A stretch of DNA of 64,000 bases from Eledone cirrhosa (Eukaryota), in the NCBI GenBank assembly GCA_964016885.1, contig OZ024740.1, positions 436,418,001 to 436,482,000 of the forward strand. The letters run 5' to 3'. The translations under genes and the position numbers were made by a program. Shown here piece by piece: positions 15,001-28,001 of this stretch. The notes beneath the pieces were generated by a model. That model saw only the letters and a list, made by a program, of their open reading frames with translations. It ran no database searches and was not told where the DNA came from. The first letter of the stretch is position 1. The number at the start of each line of letters is the position of its first letter.

Positions 15001-18000
15001 AGTGTCATTGTCTCAGATGTGAGAGCAGTGTCATTGTCTCAGATGTAGGAGCAGTGTCATTGTCTCAGATGTGAGAGCAGTGTCATTGTCTCAGATGTGA
15101 GAGCAGTGTCATTGTTGTCAGATGTGAGAGCAGTGTCATTGTCTCAGATGTGGGAGCAGTGTCATTGTCTCAGATGTGGGAGCAGTGTCATTGTCTCAGA
15201 TGTGAGAGCAGTGTCATCGTCTCAGATGTGAGAGCAGTGTCATTGTCTCAGATGTGAGAGCAGTGTCATTGTCTCAGATGTGGGAGCAGTGTCATTGTCT
15301 CAGATGTGAGAGCAGTGTCATTGTCTCAGATGTGGGAGCTGTGTCATTGTCTCAGATGTGAGAGCAGTGTCATTGTCTCAGATGTGAGAGCAGTGTCATT
15401 GTCTCAGATGTGAGAGCCGTGTCATTGTCTCAGATGTGGGAGCAGTGTCATTGTCTCAGATGTGGGATCAGTGTCACTGTCTTAGATGTGAGAGCAGTGT
15501 CATTGTCTCAGATGTAGGAGCAGTGTCATTGTCTCAGATGTGAGAGCAGTGTCATTGTCTCAGATGTGGGAGCAGTGTCATTGTCTCAGATGTGAGAGCA
15601 ATGTCATTGTCTCAGATGTGAGAGCAGTGTCATTGTCTCGGATGTGGGAGCAGTGTCATTGTCTCAGATGTGGGAGCAGTGTCATTGTCTCAGATGTGAG
15701 AGCAGTGTCATTGTCTCAGATGTGAGAGCAGTGTCATTGTCTCAGATGTGAGAGCAGTGTCATTGTCTCAGATGTGAGAGCAGTGTCATTGTCTCAGATG
15801 TGGGAGTAGTGTCATTGTCTCAGATGTGAGAGCAGTGTCATTGTCTCAGATGTAAGAGCAGTGTCATTGTCTCAGATGTTAGAGCAGTCAGTGTCATTGT
15901 CTCAGATGTGTGAGCAGTGTCTTTGTCTCAGATGTGAGAGCAGTGTCATTGTCTTAGATGTGGGAGCAGTGTCATTGTCTCAGATGTGAGAGCAGTGTCA
16001 TTGTCTCGGATGTGAGAGCAGTGTTATTGTCTCAGATGTGGGAGCAGTGTCAATGTCTCAGATGTTAGAGCAGTCAGTGTCATTGTCTCAGATGTGAGAG
16101 CAGTGTCTTTGTCTCAGATGTGAGAGCAGTGTCATTTTCTTCGATGTGGGAGCAGTGTCATTGTCTCAGATTTGAGAGCAGTGTCATTGTATCAGATGTG
16201 GTTGCAGTGTCATTGTCTCAGATGTGGGAGCAGTGTCATTGTCTCAGATGTGGGAGCAGTGTTATTGTCTCAGTTGTGAGAGCAGTGTCATCGTCTCTGA
16301 TGTGGGAGCAGTGTCATTGTCTCAGATGTGAGAGCAGTGTCATTGTCTCAGATGTGGGAGCAGTGTCATTGTCTCAGATGTGAGAGTAGTGTCATTGTCT
16401 CAGAGGTGGGAGCAGTGACATTGTCTCAGATGTGGGAGCAGTGTCATTGTCTCAGATGTGAGAGCAGTGTCATTGTCTCAGATGTAGGAGCAGTGTCATT
16501 GTCTCAGATGTGGGAGCAGTGTCATTGTCTCAGATGTGAGAGCAGTGTCATTGTCTCAGATGTGGGAGCAGTGTCATTGTCTCAGATGTGAGAGCAGTGT
16601 CATTGTCTCAGATGTGGGAGCAGTGTCATTGTCTCAGATGTGGGAGCAGTGTCATTGTCTCAGATGTGGGAGCAGTGTCATTGTCTCAGATGTGAGAGCA
16701 GTGTCATTGTCTCAGATGTGAGAGCAGTGTCATTGTCTCAGATGTGAGAGCAGTGTCTTTGTCTCAGATGTGGGAGCAGTGTCATTGTCTCAGATGTGAG
16801 AGCAGTGTTATTGTCTCAGATGTGGGAGCAGTGTCATTGTCTCAGATGTTAGAGCAGTCAGTGTCATTGTCTCAGATGTGAGAGCAGTGTCTTTGTCTCA
16901 GATGTGAGAGCAGTGTCATTGTCTCAGATGTGGGAGCAGTGTCATTGTCTCAGATGTGAGAGCAGTTTTATTGTCTCAGATGTGGGAGCAGTGTCTTTGT
17001 CTCAGATGTGAGAGCAGTGTCATTGTCTTAGCTGTGGGAGCAGTGTCATTGTCTCAGATGTGGGAGCAGTGTCATTGTCTCGGATGTGAGAGCAGTGTTA
17101 TTGTCTCAGATGTGGGAGCAGTGTCATTGTGTCAGATATTAGAGCAGTCAGTGTCATTGTCTCAGATGTGAGAACAGTGTCTTTGTCTCAGATGTGAGAG
17201 CAGTGTCATTGTCTCAGATGTGGGAGCAGTGTCATTGTCTCAGATGTGAGAGCAGTGTCATTGTCTCAGATGTGGGAGCAGTGTCATTGTCTCAGATGTG
17301 AGAGCAGTGTCATTGTCTCAGATGTGAGAGCAGTGTCATCGTCTCAGATGTGGGAGCAGTGTCATTGTCTCAGATGTGAGAGCAGTGTCATTGTCTCAGA
17401 TGTGGGAGCAGTGTCATTGTCGCAGATGTGAGAGCAGTGTCATTGTCTCAGATGTGGGAGCAGTGACATTGTCTCAGATGTGGGAGCAGTGTCATTGTCT
17501 CAGATGTGAGAACAGTGTCATTGTCTCAGATGTGAGAGCAGTGTCATTGTCTCAGATGTGAGAGCAGTGTCAATGTCTCAGATGTGAGAGTAGTGTCATT
17601 GTCTCAGATGTAGGAGCAGTGTCATTGTCTCAGATGTGAGAGCAGTGTCTTTGTCTCAGTTGTGAGAGCAGTGTCATTGTCTCAGATGTGGGAGCAGTGT
17701 CATTGTCTCAGATGTGAGAACAGTGTCATTGTCTCAGATGTGGAAGCAGTGTCATTGTCTCAAATGTGGGAGCAGTGTCATTGTCTCAGATGTTAGAGCT
17801 GTGTCATTGTCTCAGATGTGAGAGCAGTGACATTGTCTCAGATGTGAGAACAGTGTCACTGTCTCAGATGTGAGAGCACTGTCATTGTCTCAGATGTGGG
17901 AGCAGTGTCATTGTCTCAGATGTGAGAGCAGTGTCATTGTCTCAGATGTGAGAGCAGTGTCATTGTCTCAGATGTGAGAGCAGTGTCATTGTCTCAGTTG

Positions 18001-20780
18001 TGAGAGCAGTGTCATTGTCTCAGATGTGGGAGCAGTGTCATTGTCTTAGATGTGAGAGCAGTGTCATTGTCTCAGATGTGGAAGCAGTGTCATTGTCTCA
18101 AATGTGGGAGCAGTGTCATTGTCTCAGATGTTAGAGCTGTGTCATTGTCTCAGATGTGAGAGCAGTGTCATTGTCTCAGATGTGAGAACAGTGTCACTGT
18201 CTCAGATGTGAGAGCAGTGTCATTGTCTCAGATCTGGGAGCAGTGTCATTGTCTCAGATGTGAGAGCAGTGTCATTGTCTCAGATGTGAGAGAAGTGTCA
18301 TTGTCTCAGATGTGGGAGCAGTGTCATTGTCTCAGATGTGAGAGCAGTGTCATTGTCTCAGATGTGGGAGCAGTGTCATTGTCTCAGATGTTAGAGCAGT
18401 GTCATTGTCTCAGATGTGAGAGCAGTGTCATTTTTTCAGATGTGAGAGTAGTGTCATTGTCTCAGATGTGGGAGCACTGTCACTGTCTCAGATGTGAGAG
18501 CAGTGTCATTTTCTCAGATATGGGAGCAGTGTCATTGTCTCAGATGTGAGAGCAGTGTCGTTGTCTCAAATGTGAGAACAGTGTGATTGTCTCATATGTG
18601 AGAGCAGTCTCATTGTCTAAGATGTGGGAGCAGTGTCATTGTCTCATATGTGGGAGCAGTGTCATTGTCTCAGATGTGAGAGCAGTGTCATTGTCTCAGA
18701 TGTAGGATCAGTGTCATTGTCTCAGATGTGGGAGCAGTGTCATTGTCTCAGATGTGAGAGCAGTGTCATTGTCTCAGATGTGAGAGCAGTGTCATTGTCT
18801 CAGATGTGAGAGCAGTGTCATTGTCTCAGATGTGGGAGCAGTGTCATTGTCTCAGATGTGGGAGCAGTGTCATTGTCTCAGATGTGAGAGCAGTGTCATC
18901 GTCTCAGATGTGAGAGCAGTGTCATTGTCTCAGATGTGAGAGTAGTGTCATTGTCTCAGATGTGGGGGGAGCAGTGTCATTGTCTCAGATGTGAGAGCAG
19001 TGTCATTGTCTCAGATGTGGGAGCTGTGTCATTGTCTCAGATGTGAGAGCAGTGTCATTGTCTCAGATGTGAGAGCAGTGTCATTGTCTCAGATGTGGGA
19101 GCAGTGTCATTGTCTCAGATGTGGGATCAGTGTCATTGTCTCAGATGTGAGAGCAGTGTCATTGTCTCAGATGTAGGAGCAGTTTCATTGTCTCAGATGT
19201 GAGAGCAGTGTCATTGTCTCAGATGTGGGAGCAGTGTCATTGTCTCAGATGTGAGAGCAATGTCATTGTCTCAGATGTGAGAGCAGTGTCATTGTCTCGG
19301 ATGTGGGAGCAGTGTCATTGTCTCAGATGTGGGAGCAGTGTCATTGTCTCAGATGTGAGAGCAGTGTCATTGTCTCAGATGTGAGAGCAGTGTCATTGTC
19401 TCAGATGTGAGAGCAGTGTCATTGTCTCAGATGTGAGAGCAGTGTCATTGTCTCAGATGTGGGAGTAGTGTCATTGTCTCAGATGTGAGAGCAGTGTCAT
19501 TGTCTCAGATGTAAGAGCAGTCAGTGTCATTGTCTCAGATGTGAGAGTAGTGTCATTGTTTCAGATGTGAGAGCAGTGTCATTGTCTCAGATGTGGGAGC
19601 AGTGTCATTGTCTTAGATGTGAGAGCAGTGTCATTGTCTCAGATGTTAGAGCAGTCAGTCTCATTGTCTCAGATGTGAGAGCAGTGTCTTTGTCTCGGAT
19701 GTGAGAGCAGTGTCATTGTCTTAGATGTGGGAGCAGTGTCATTGTCTCAGATGTGGGAGCAGTGACATTGTCTCAGATGTGGGAGCAGTGTCATTTCCTC
19801 AGATGTGAGAGCAGTGTCATTGTCTCAGATGTGAGAGCAGTGTCATTGTCTCAGATGTGAGAGCAGTGTTATTGTCTCGGATGTGAGAGCAGTGTTATTG
19901 TCTCAGATGTGAGAGCAGTGTCATTGTCTCAGATGTAGGAGCAGTGTCATTGTCTCAGATGTGAGAGCAGTGTCATTGTCTCAGATGTGAGAGCAGTGTC
20001 ATTGTCTCAGTTGTGGGAGCAGTGTCATTGTCTCAGATGTGGGAGCAGTGTCATTGTCTCAGATATTAGAGCAGTGTCATTGTCTCAGATGTGGGAGCAG
20101 TGTCATTGTCTCAGATGTGAGAGCAGTGTCATTGTCTCAGATGTGGGAGCTGTGTCATTGTCTCAGATGTGAGAGCAGTGTCATTGTCTTAGATGTGAGA
20201 GCAGTGTCATTGTCTCAGATGTGAGAGCAGTGTCATTGTCTCAGATGTGGGAGCAGTGTCATTGTCTCAGATGGGGGATCAGTGTCATTGTCTCAGGTGT
20301 GAGAGCAGTGTCATTGTCTCAGATGTAGGAGCAGTGTCATTGTCTCAGATGTGAGAGCAGTGTCATTGTCTCAGATGTGGGAGCAGTGTCATTGTCTCAG
20401 ATGTGAGAGCAATGTCATTGTCTCAGATGTGAGAGCAGTGTCATTGTCTCGGATGTGGGAGCAGTGTCATTGTTTCAGATGTGAGAGCAGTGTCATTGTC
20501 TCAGATGTGAGAGCAGTGTCATTGTCTCAGATGTGGGAGCAGTGTCATTGTCTCAGATGTGGGAGCAGTGTCATTGTCTCACATGTGAGAGCAGTGTCAT
20601 TGTCTCAGATGTGGGAGCGGTGTCATTGTCTCAGATGTGAGAGCAGTGTCATTGACTCAGATGTGGGAGCGGTGTCATTGTCTCAGATGTGAGAGCAGTG
20701 TCATTGTCTCAGATGTGGGAGCAGTGTCATTGTCTCAGATGTGGGAGTGGTGTCATTGTCTCAGATGTGAGAACAGTGTC
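1..20780 (+). repeat. 26-bp tandem satellite array (about 790-800 units, continues beyond the window start)
   Basis: Consensus TGTCTCAGATGTG(A/G)GAGCAGTGTCAT repeated continuously. A recurrent 30-bp variant is ...GATGTTAGAGCAGTCAGTGTCAT. The array ends abruptly at ...GAACAGTGTC|CCATTGGG. All ORFs here are repeat translations. Confidence 0.98.
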
Positions 20781-21179
20781 CCATTGGGTGTCTCACTAGA
20801 CCTCTTTAGGGAGTCAGTAATTTGGGAGGCTCTGAAGGTTTTTCTATGCCTTAGAGAAGCCACGGTTTTCGATATGCAGTTTTATCTATATTAAGGACAC
20901 TATAAGAGATCCTTCATTATTGTCAGGACACATGTCAGGAGAGAGTAGCACATGACTATAATGTTAGGCCTTACAATCCGTCTTATTACGTATATATATA
21001 TGTGTGTGTACATGTAGACAATATATGTATATATATGGTGGCTGCCAACTCGTTTTCGAGTACGGCCACTACTTTAAATCCATGTAGGAGAACCCCTACT
21101 GATGCGCTGAACGAATGTGACTTTCTAGTCCAGCCAGCGACTTGAAAACTCTGGTACAAACACGACACTTGTGACAATT

Positions 21180-21630
21180 ATTGACACATAGTGCTGGGCC
21201 CATGGTACCATGTGACGACAAGTGCAGAGAGATCTCCAGATATAAAGCAATGCCTGTGCCGTGAAGCTTTTATAGTGAGCAAAGGCACTGCACAAAGCCA
21301 GTCCCACTCTCTTAACCAAGATGATATTTACCAAAAAGAAGAACAAGTCAACATCATTGGATACCATCAGGGTTGCAGGTGTTATATCAGAGTTTTCCTT
21401 CTCCTAGAATTCTGCCTTGACAAAGGCTAAGGGGTCATCTCTCCCGGTGATTTTGGATGGCCATTGACTCTTAAGAGCTCCTTTGCCCTTTGACAGGTTT
21501 TGTTTTTAGTCCTGCAGGATGTCCAAAGTCACCCTCCTCACCAAGAAACCTTGGTGGGGTTGCCAGTTTAGTCGCCAACGACCCGACCATGAGACAGGTT
21601 GTACTGGAATAGATGTTACCAGTAGTTACA
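21180..21630 (-). mobile_element. Possible 5' UTR relic of an RTE-like LINE
   Basis: Non-repetitive mid-GC block. On the minus strand, GGGTCGTTGGCGACTAAACTGGCAACCCC resembles RTE-type 5' ends from memory. No coding motif was found. Confidence 0.25.
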
Positions 21631-21667
21631 TGTATATATATTCATATATATATATATAAACACACAC

Positions 21668-21727
<60 letters not shown>

Positions 21728-21771
21728 GGAAAAGAAATTGAAAATGCATCTGGAGTCTTTTATTTTACCAG

Positions 21772-21841
<70 letters not shown>

Positions 21842-21909
21842 GTGAGGTTTTTTTTACAAAATGAAAAATAACCGAGGTGTCCTACACGAGTGAAAGTATA
21901 AAAAAAAAA

Positions 21910-22221
21910 AGATGAAATCGAAAATGCAACTGGAGTCTTATTTTTTTTTTAAATATATATATTTATTTGGTTCTTTTAACGGTTTCGCAGTTCTTCTGCT
22001 TTTCAAAAGGTGAGTTGAGATGGAGGGTCTGTGGTTTTTCTCAAAAGGTGAGTTGAGCTGGAGGGTCTGTGGTTTTTCTCACATCTGTGAGAAAAACCAC
22101 AGACCCTCCATCTCAACTCACCTTTTGAAAAGCAGAAGAACTGCGAAACCGGTAAAGGAACCAAATAAATATATATATTTTTTTTAAAAATAAGACTCCA
22201 GTTGCATTTTCGATTTCATCT
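21910..22221. mobile_element. Fold-back (inverted) PLE pseudo-LTR fragment
   Basis: Arms 21910-~22042 and ~22089-22221 are near-perfect reverse complements, with an internal ~38-bp duplication and centre CTCACA-TC-TGTGAG. Each arm contains an HHR-like motif. Confidence 0.75.
22121..22158 (+). ncRNA. Minimal type I hammerhead-like motif with variant core (UUGAAAA)
   Basis: CCTT-TTGAAAA-GCAG(aagaa)CTGC-GAAA-CCGG-TA-AAGG. Stem I is CCTT/AAGG, stem II is GCAG/CTGC, and stem III is the palindrome ACCGGT. A mirror copy lies at 21973-22010 (-). Confidence 0.6.
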
Positions 22222-22316
22222 CTTTTTCTTTATATATATATATACTTTTTCCTATTTCTCACTCTACTACCCTAAGTATTGAGTACTCTGGTGCGTTCCT
22301 TACCACAATACCTTTG

Positions 22317-22424
<108 letters not shown>

Positions 22425-23448
22425 TTTCTGCGAGATATTCGAGATTCTTCCCTTATCTATTTTCTTGTTCCATTTCGAATTCTGAATTTCTTATTAACCT
22501 TTCCAAACCTTTCACATCGGTGTCACATTTTTAAAAAATAAAAATTCTCGAGTCACACTGAATACGTTTTGTGAGCGATGTGAAATTAATGTAATTTCGA
22601 TCTACAAGAAATATCATATCACGTGTTAGTAATTGGACACTAAGTTGACAAATTTCAAATATACACTCCACAGATAAATATTAGTAAAAATGTATGATTT
22701 CACTTAATTTCGCGACACACCTACAGATTATTTCCAGCATTCTGAATAATTGTGACGCCGTTCGGAAACGTTTTCTTTATATTCTTTATTTCCGAAGAAG
22801 GAAAATTGCCCGAAACGCTGGTATGTCACTCCAGGCGGCAAATCAACTTACTGGATCTTATGTTCTTTTAAAAACTTTCTTGGAACAACTTTTGAAAACA
22901 CAAACCAATACCAGATTCCTTGTATGTATTCTTTGCACAAAACATTTACCCCAAACGAGCCAACGTAGATCCTCTACGTGTTCGTTGCACTTGCTAGAAA
23001 TGGCACCCTCAAATTACACTCGACTGTGTCAAAAACGACGGAAGACTCGTTCGATAGTATAGCTGTAGATACATTTCTTCCCTTCCAGAAATGGACTGAT
23101 CATGGTAGGAAAGCCTTTCTTCCTAAGTCTATTTTATCGCGGCTGATTTAGGGCTAAAACACAATATCACTACCAGTAAAAACAGAAACAACAATCTCAA
23201 CAATAACAACAATAACAATAATAACAAAAATATTAGCAACAACAAAACAACAATCTACTCCAAACAAAATAAATATAAAAATGGCAAAAATCTAAAACAA
23301 AAGCAGACACCCCCCCCCCCCACACACACACACACACAAAAAAGTGAAATGTTGGCGAGAACAACATCGTACATAAATACATATATTAACATGGTGACAT
23401 TTATATGTTGTGGAATTGTGTTATTTCATTGGTACAAGTTCATATACC

Positions 23449-24100
23449 CCACCACCACTAACACCACCACTCACACCACCATCACCACCACCACCACTAA
23501 CATAACCACTACCACCACACCACCACTAACACCACCACCACCACTCACACAACCACCACCACCACCATTAACACCACCACAACCACCACTACCACCACCA
23601 CCACCACCACCACCACACCACCACCACTAACACCACCACCACCACCACTCACACCACCACCACCACCACTCACACCACCACCACCACACCACACTACCAT
23701 ACCACCACCACTAACACCACCACCACCACCACTCACACCACCACCACCACCACTCACACCACCACCACCACCACTCACACCACCACCACCACACCACCAC
23801 CACTAACACCACCACCACCCACTCACACCACCACCACCACCACCACCACCACCACCACTAACACCACCAACACCACCACTCACACCACCACCACCACCAC
23901 CACTAACACCACCACCACCACTCACACCACCACCACCACCACCACACCACCACCACTAACACCACCACCACCACTCACACCACCACCACTCACACCACCA
24001 CCACCACCACCACCACCACTCACACCACTACCACCACCACCACCACTCACACCACCACCACCACCACCACCACTCACACCACCACCACCATCACCATCAC
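23449..24100 (+). repeat. (CCA)n-derived simple repeat with CTAACA/CTCACA interruptions
   Basis: Direct inspection. Confidence 0.95.
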
Positions 24101-24142
24101 ATTTCAGAACATTCTACCACTTGGGCGACAACAACGTCACTG

Positions 24143-24191
24143 GTGGTGGTAGTAGTAGTAGTGGTGGTGGTATTATTATTATTATTATTAT

Positions 24192-24243
<52 letters not shown>

Positions 24244-24261
24244 GGTGGTGGTGGTAGTAGC

Positions 24262-24302
<41 letters not shown>

Positions 24303-24442
24303 TGGTAGTGGTAGTAGTAGTAGTAGTAGTATTAGTAGTAGTAGTGGTAGTAGTAGTAGTGGTAGTAGTAGTAGTGGTAGTAGTAGTAGTAGTGGTAGTG
24401 GTAGTAGTAGTAGTAGTAGTAGTAGTAATAGTAGTGGTAGTG

Positions 24443-24484
<42 letters not shown>

Positions 24485-24737
24485 AGAGCAACAGCAACAG
24501 CTGCAATAACAGCAACAGCAATAACAGCAGCAACAGCAGCAGCAGCAGCAATAACAACAGCAACAGCAATAGCAGCAACAGCAATAGCAGCAGCAGCAAT
24601 AACAGCAATAGCAGCAGCAGCAATAACAGCAGCAACAGTAGCAGCAGCAGCAGCAGCAATAACAACAGCAGCAGCAACAGCAATAGCAGCAGCAGCAATA
24701 GCAGCAGCAGCAGCAATAGCAGCAGCAGCAGCAGCAA
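24143..24737 (+). repeat. Compound trinucleotide repeat: (GTA/GGT)n then (AGC/AAC/AAT)n
   Basis: Direct inspection. It produces the poly-S, poly-V and poly-L ORF artefacts. Confidence 0.95.
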
Positions 24738-24994
24738 CCCAATAGAAAAAATCTTCACCGAATTTGAAGTGTTTGGTGATTGGCTGAGAGGATTAGTACT
24801 ACAGAGAGAACAAGGGAGGGGGAGGGATAGATAAAGAGAGAGGAGTAGAGAGAGAGGGGGAGAGAGGGGGAGAGGGGGTAGAGAGAGAGGAGGGGGTGGT
24901 AGAGAAAGAATGGAAGAAGTCCAAGAGGGTAAAGACAGCCATGGTTGGCTAAGTTGTAAGTTGTAGAACTTAGAACACCACTTCTATATATGGG

Positions 24995-25580
24995 TGTACA
25001 CATGTCTCTTGTGTATATATACACACACCAACACATGTCTCTTGTGTATATATAGATACACCAACACATGTGTCTCTTGTGTATATATACACACACCAAC
25101 ACATGTCTCTTGTGTATATATACACACACCAACACATGTCTCTAGTGTATATATACACACACCAACACATGTCTCTTGTGTATATATACACACACCAACA
25201 CATGTCTCTTGTGTATATATATATACACCAACACGTGTCTCTTGTGTATATATATATATACACCAACACATGTGTCTCTTGTATATATATATATACACCA
25301 ACACATGTGTCTCTTGTGTATATATATATATACACCAACACACGTGTCTCTTGTATATATATATATACACCAACACATGTGTCTCTTGTGTATATATATA
25401 TACACCAACACATGTGTCTCTTGTATATATATATATACACCAACACATGTGTCTCTTGTGTATATATATATACACCAACACACGTGTCTCTTGTGTATAT
25501 ATATATACACCAACACACGTGTCTCTTGTGTATATATATATACACCAACGCACGTGTCTCTTGTGTATATATATATACAC
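24995..25580 (+). repeat. ~31-35 bp minisatellite ACAC(A/G)TGTCTCTTGTG(TA)nCACCA
   Basis: About 18 tandem units with a variable (TA)n core. Confidence 0.92.
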
Positions 25581-25649
25581 GCATACAGGTATATAAATGT
25601 GTGTGAATGTATATGTATATATGTATCTATCCATATATGTATGTATATA

Positions 25650-25711
<62 letters not shown>

Positions 25712-25723
25712 TCATAGAGTTAT

Positions 25724-25852
25724 GGCCCTTTACGGACTAAGTTCAAATCCCACCGAGATAAACTTTGCCTTTCATCCTTACGGGGTCAATAAAAATAAAG
25801 TACCAGAAATGCACTGGATAATTGCTGGCCTTGTGCTAAAAGTAGAAACAAT

Positions 25853-25856
<4 letters not shown>
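25724..25856 (+). mobile_element. tRNA-derived SINE fragment (Meta-domain-like)
   Basis: B-box GTTCAAATCCC, then ACTTTGCCTTTCATCCTTACGGGGTCAATAAAAATAAAGTACCAG and the tail AGAAACAATTATT. Multiple homologs occur in the window. Confidence 0.8.
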
Positions 25857-25925
<69 letters not shown>

Positions 25926-25955
25926 ATAATATATACATATACATATATATATATA

Positions 25956-26694
25956 AAACATGAGAAGAAAGAATACTGCGTGGTTGCACATGGGTTACAT
26001 ATGATAAAAATAGTCCTTCATCAGTGATTTTCCAACCTTCATTGGTATTTCATCGCTTTAAAAATCATATACCTCCAGTTGGTGCGAGCAATAGCTAAAT
26101 AAAGCTATTGGGACAAGTAAATTGCGTAAAGCGAGCGAGACGGGTAAACAAACATAGAAGGATAGCAACGCAAAGATAGGAAAAAACAAGCACATGGGAG
26201 TCCGATCAGCTTTAGCTGTGTCGATTTCATGGGCGAGAGACTACAGACCGTCCGACGCGAGTGAGGTGTGAGCAGGAAAAGACCCCACTACAGGCCAAAC
26301 GGGAGGAAGTGAGAAGAGGAGAAGCAGAGAGTGAGTGGAAATGCGAGGAAGAGGCCAGTCGAGAGAAAGTGTAACTGATAGAGGGGGTGAAAGAAGGTGA
26401 GAGAAACAGAGAGAGCGGGAAAGCAGTAAGAGAGAAACAGACAAACGCAGCTGGGGAAAATATATATAAAAAACATGAGAAGAAAGAATACTGCGTGGTT
26501 GCACATGGGTTACATATGATAAAAATAGTCCTACATCAGTGATTTTCCAACCTTCATTGTTATTTCATCGCTTTAAAAATCTTATACCCTCAGTTGGTGC
26601 GAGCAATAGCAAAATAAAGCTATTGGGACAAGTAAATCGCGTAAAGCGCGCGAGACAGGTAAACAAACATAGAAGGATAGCAACGCAAAGATAG

Positions 26695-26696
<2 letters not shown>
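25956..26696 (-). mobile_element. Non-coding partial-tandem element (515-bp period) carrying the permuted hammerhead-like motif, subfamily A
   Basis: A ~225-bp block at 25956-26181 is repeated at ~26470-26696, flanked by (AT)n. It is homologous to the 47042-48101 family. Confidence 0.75.
26013..26114 (-). ncRNA. Permuted/pseudoknotted hammerhead-like RNA (subfamily A); degenerate copy at 26528-26629
   Basis: Minus strand reads GTCC-CAATAGCT(ttattt)AGCTATTG-C-TCGC-A-CCAACT-GGA-GGTAT-A-TGATTTT-TAAA-GCGA-T-GAA-ATACC-aatgaa-GGTTGG-AAAATCA-CTGATGA-A-GGAC. Confidence 0.6.
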
Positions 26697-26775
<79 letters not shown>

Positions 26776-26941
26776 TATATATATAGTTGAATAAATGAAC
26801 AGAGAACAAAAAACAGGGAGGCAGTACAAATGATATGGTTTTATATATATATATATATATGAAGTAATTCCGTCGGAAAGGTCCAGGAAAGAAGAGTGCT
26901 CTATGTAGGTTACAGACCTTATTAGTTATGTAATAAACAAC

Positions 26942-27007
26942 ATAAGATAATTATTTCATTTACCAGTGGTTTCTTGAAAGGAAACCACTGGTAAATGAAA
27001 TAATTAT

Positions 27008-27012
<5 letters not shown>
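26942..27012. repeat. Perfect hairpin with ~32-bp arms (fold-back of a PLE terminus)
   Basis: ATAAGATAATTATTTCATTTACCAGTGGTTTC-ttgaaag-GAAACCACTGGTAAATGAAATAATTATCTTAT. Confidence 0.85.
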
Positions 27013-27046
<34 letters not shown>

Positions 27047-27049
<3 letters not shown>

Positions 27050-27455
27050 GGTTTGTTGGTTCACCACTGGATAGAACTGGTCATTCTGTGTGGTCAGCCA
27101 CGATGTAATGTTATGGAAAGCTCTCAACGTAATGCAACCACCCGTCTTCGTTTGTGTAGTTCGTGGTGCGAGTACGGAGTTAATTATTACAAAATAACAG
27201 GAGGCATGTTCTGGTGTAAATCCTTGAAAGTTTTATTTTGATAAATACAAGTAGATACAAGTCGCTAAAATACCGGCCGCCCTCTTGTCTCTGATTTAAA
27301 CACCAAAGATTTTTATCTGATATATTCCTTTGTTATATTTTGAATTACCTGATGATGTCACCGGATTCATACTGAACCCGGTCATTGAAATGATCATAGT
27401 AAAATAAACCTTTCAAGGATTTACACCGGAACATGCCTCCTGTTAGTTTGTAATA
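27047..27455. mobile_element. Inverted PLE pseudo-LTR pair, same family as ~59280-59560
   Basis: 27186-27238 is the reverse complement of 27401-27453. 27048-27240 is reverse-homologous to 59375-59560. It is bounded by (AT)n on both sides. Confidence 0.75.
27345..27402 (+). ncRNA. Type I hammerhead ribozyme
   Basis: TTAC-CTGATGA-TG.ACCGG...CCGGT.CA-TT-GAAA-TGATCA-TA-GTAA. Canonical core, stem I TTAC/GTAA, palindromic stem III, AUA cleavage triplet. Confidence 0.8.
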
Positions 27456-28001
27456 TATATATATTAGTTAAGTGTGTAACAACAGTAACAGGTGTCTATG
27501 CACAAATAAGCTCGCATATCTGACGAGATTTCGGAAATAAGATTATTTCAGTCATATTACACGTTAAATAGCTCAATACAATTACAGGCTATAAACTATA
27601 TTATGTGGAGCTTATATCAATTATATTTAGCTGTAATTATGTATAGTTTATTAAAAGTAAGCATTGCAAACAAAAATACATTTTTTTTAAACAAAGAGAG
27701 TGAATACAATGAGGGGTGTTGACGGAGGGGGGGGGGGCATTAGAAGTAGTTCTAAAGATAGAAGGAAATATAATCTGTGATGTGATTGAGAGAAAGGAAT
27801 GGAATATAGAGAGGTGAGGGGAGGGAGAGATAGTGGGAGGATAGATTGGAATAAGTGGAAAAATAAAAGTTAGATGTGGAAGGGGGAGAATGAGGAGGAG
27901 AATTTGAGGGTGAAACCTGCGCTTGTGTGGGTTTCTTCTCTGAAGACCTTCTGTCCAGCTCTCCTGAGTGTTCCCTATCACCATATTTATAACTATTAAG
28001 G

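Noticed and set aside
1-20780. CRISPR-like array
   Set aside because: Units are head-to-tail with no unique spacers, there are no cas genes, and the context is eukaryotic. The same applies to the 20-bp array at 38930-40515.
1327-20894. Dozens of Cys-rich ORFs (CHCLRC...) suggesting a zinc-binding or keratin-like protein
   Set aside because: They are translations of a 26-bp (non-triplet) satellite, and stops depend only on the A/G variant.
27515-27560. CTGACGA...GAAA hammerhead candidate
   Set aside because: No convincing stem I or stem II.
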